Assembly: GCA_964561495.1 (NCBI GenBank)
Contig: CAZLPW010000007.1
Span: forward strand, 1 to 61,844
Length of the DNA: 61,844 nucleotides
Direction of reading: 5' to 3'
DNA from: an uncultured bacterium
GTDB taxonomy: Bacteria > Fidelibacterota > Marinisomatia > Marinisomatales > UBA1611
The notes beneath the pieces are model-generated. The model worked only from the letters and a program-made list of their open reading frames with translations, searched no databases and was not told the origin of the DNA. Shown here one piece after another: positions 61,050-61,844 of this stretch (its first letter is position 1; every line of letters starts with the position of its first letter). Position numbers and translations under genes: made by a program.

Positions 61050-61844
61050 ATGGCGGACAAAACATTCTATTTAAAAAAGACACTCTTTTGGGCTTTGGTT
61101 TTCGATTTTTTAATTGCACTTCCAAATATTCCTGCTGATAGAATTTCCTTTAACTTGAGTGGACATGTTTTAACCCAACCTTATTATAGGAATGTAGACC
61201 TGGACTCGGTTTCAGCTGATGTGAAATACGCCGTGATTTCAATCCACGGATCAGGGCGCAATGCGGACGAACACTTTAGTATAATTAGTACAGCAACGAG
61301 CTCTATTGGCATTGCAGACTCAACGGTTGTTTTAGCTCCGCTTTTCCCAAACCAAGAAGACATTAACCTATACAACCTTGACACATCTGTTCTTTATTGG
61401 TCCGACAGCGATTGGAACGCGGGTGATCTATCAAGAAACACACAGTCCAATCCGAGACCAGAGAGGATGAGCTCATTTTCTTCCTTAGACACAATATATC
61501 ACCGGCTGGCAAATAACAACCCCAATCTAAAAAAAATAATACTAACTGGGCACTCTGCTGGATCTCAGATGGTAGTGCGCTATGCAGCGGGAGGGAGAGC
61601 GGCAAACGATATTTTAGAAAACAGGGAGATAGAGCTTGTCTACGTTTCAACAAACACGCCTTCATTTTTATATCTAGACGAGAACAGGGTTATTGATGAA
61701 AACTCCAGCCCTTTTGAGTTTGGATTGTCTGATTGTTATAACGCTAACTACTATAAATATGGTTTATACAATCTAAACAATTACATGGAAGAGGTGGGCT
61801 TTCAAAATATAATTAATCAATACTTGAACACCCGCGTTACCTAT
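61050..61844 (+). CDS. Exported alpha/beta-hydrolase, 3' truncated (not in ORF track)
   Basis: Manual translation from ATG 61050 is open to the window end: hydrophobic N-terminus, AVISIHGSGRNA, VLAPLFP, ILTGHSAGSQMVVRYA (GxSxG) and YKYGL. Confidence 0.8.
   Translation, partial: MADKTFYLKKTLFWALVFDFLIALPNIPADRISFNLSGHVLTQPYYRNVDLDSVSADVKYAVISIHGSGRNADEHFSIISTATSSIGIADSTVVLAPLFPNQEDINLYNLDTSVLYWSDSDWNAGDLSRNTQSNPRPERMSSFSSLDTIYHRLANNNPNLKKIILTGHSAGSQMVVRYAAGGRAANDILENREIELVYVSTNTPSFLYLDENRVIDENSSPFEFGLSDCYNANYYKYGLYNLNNYMEEVGFQNIINQYLNTRVTY

Noticed and set aside
61184-61665. Two minus-strand ORFs after dnaA
   Set aside because: Antisense to the plus-strand alpha/beta-hydrolase, which has a clear GxSxG motif

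Overview
AT-rich bacterial chromosome segment spanning the replication-origin region. Gene content (proteobacterial-type aceEF-lpdA, DUF5916 and alginate-export-type outer-membrane proteins, DciA/DUF721, mfd-PPIase-surA) suggests an FCB-group marine bacterium, most likely Marinimicrobia/SAR406; this is inference only. (1) 1-18.5 kb: near-complete de novo purine cluster (purA, L, M, Q, C, E, B, F, D, N, H) with no separate purS or purK. PurQ carries two PurS-like repeats at its C-terminus and PurE looks class II. (2) Phosphate-handling genes split and flank that cluster: PhoX, a PPK2-Nudix fusion, CYTH, a Na/Pi symporter with a Pho-box-like repeat, PhoU, a porin and GDPD. (3) 22-40 kb: a long minus-strand run of aceE-aceF-lpdA, four peptidases/amidases, DHFR and MATE. 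(4) 41-61.8 kb: yggS, gyrA, gyrB, dciA, recF, dnaN, an AT-rich oriC candidate with TGTTAATAA repeats, surA, mfd, mnmG, mnmE, yidC, rpmH and dnaA. This block has two parS sites, dnaA decoupled from dnaN (an apparent ~11.8 kb inversion), and no rnpA/yidD at their usual position. No rRNA, tRNA, CRISPR array or mobile element was recognised.
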